The notes beneath the pieces were generated by a model. The model was given only the letters and a program-made list of their open reading frames with translations. It searched no databases and had not been told where the DNA came from. A DNA stretch of 63,729 nucleotides, counting the filler, from Octopus bimaculoides (taxonomy: Eukaryota), in the NCBI RefSeq assembly GCF_001194135.2. It is 5 parts of 4 records of this genome, joined end to end, with 100 filler letters (N's around TTAATTAATTAA, not from the genome) between each part and the next. Parts side by side here need not be neighbours in the genome. Positions count along the whole stretch, not along the records: positions 62,265 to 63,729 come from NC_068985.1; 4 more parts are not named here. One strand, given 5' to 3'. Shown piece after piece: positions 62,801-63,729 of the stretch. Made by a program: the position numbers and the translations under genes. Position 1 is the first letter of the stretch. Each line of letters opens with the position of its first letter.

Positions 62801-63729
62801 CAAATACTTAGTAACTTTTTAATAGTCCTCTTAGCAAACATAGTTTAATAGCTATGTATGCTTGGAAGAATATTAAAATGGAGATCATTAGTTGTTCTAA
62901 GTTAATATCTTTATTGTCCCTTAACATTGTGCTACCTTGCTTCTCCTTGCCTGGCTGACTGAGGTAGTCAAGTACCCCCTCTATAATAAGACAACTATCT
63001 CTGCTTTTCTGTCATATACTAACCTCTTGCCAGGCTCACAGCCACATCCCTCGATTCCTCCCCTTCTCTCAACTAAGAGCCCTCCAGCTTGCCAGTTTCT
63101 ATCAAACTATCCATCATTAAATGATGATGGTCATACATGATGATGGTGGTGGTGGCGGTGTCAAAGGTCTTTACTTTCTATAATTGAAAATGAAGACAGA
63201 CCAGGTTGAGATAACAATCATGTTAACTCACAGATCTTAAAGATCTAAACAGGATTATTATATATAATGGTAAATATCTTTACATGACTTTGTAGCGCAG
63301 ATGATTTTAAAGATATAATTTCTTATACTTTATTTGCTATTTGTATCAAATTTTTATTTTAATCAGAGTTTAAAACCTTTATTGTTCAATTCATTTCAAT
63401 GTGAACTGGGGAAAGAAATGATCTTGAACTAAAAATTCCCCCCTTATTCTGTTCTGTGGGTGTATGGAATAGGCTTGAGCCTTTTGTCTTGCAGTTAAGT
63501 ACATACAAACAAAAATAGTGTATTAAAAGTTGCATAACCAGGACTTACTGAAGTTGAAATACTGAACATATAGATTCCATGTTGTCTCATATCAACAATG
63601 TCATGGCTTCTCTTACTGTTTCCTACATTTATATTTCCTTATATCGTTATCATATTTATACAACACAATCTCCTCATAATTCAAAGTCAAAATCAAACTT
63701 AAGCAGAATGTTATATATTCACTTACTTT

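Overview
This is eukaryotic, AT-rich, gap-ridden draft-assembly DNA, saturated with microsatellites and decayed transposons. The SINE, DD37D and Penelope families look like those I associate with octopus genomes; that is recall, not a database result. I can support no complete protein-coding gene, tRNA, rRNA or CRISPR array, and almost every ORF in the supplied track is an artefact of N-runs or simple repeats. The window reads as intronic or intergenic. Recognisable content: Tc1/mariner remnants (DD34D mariner, DD34E Tc1, DD37D/maT), a hAT fragment, CR1/L2-like, RTE-like and HERO-like LINE fragments, Penelope-like (GIY-YIG) fragments, three SINE families, a MITE and Helitron-like pieces. The signals most worth following up are: (1) several type I hammerhead-ribozyme-like folds of the minimal Penelope/retrozyme kind, two with a complete catalytic core and one at the apex of a ~235 bp palindrome; (2) a 16 bp minisatellite that arose from a transposase codon stretch and replaced the middle of its own element; (3) a LINE 3' tail shared with the dominant SINE; (4) several fold-back elements that could form dsRNA.
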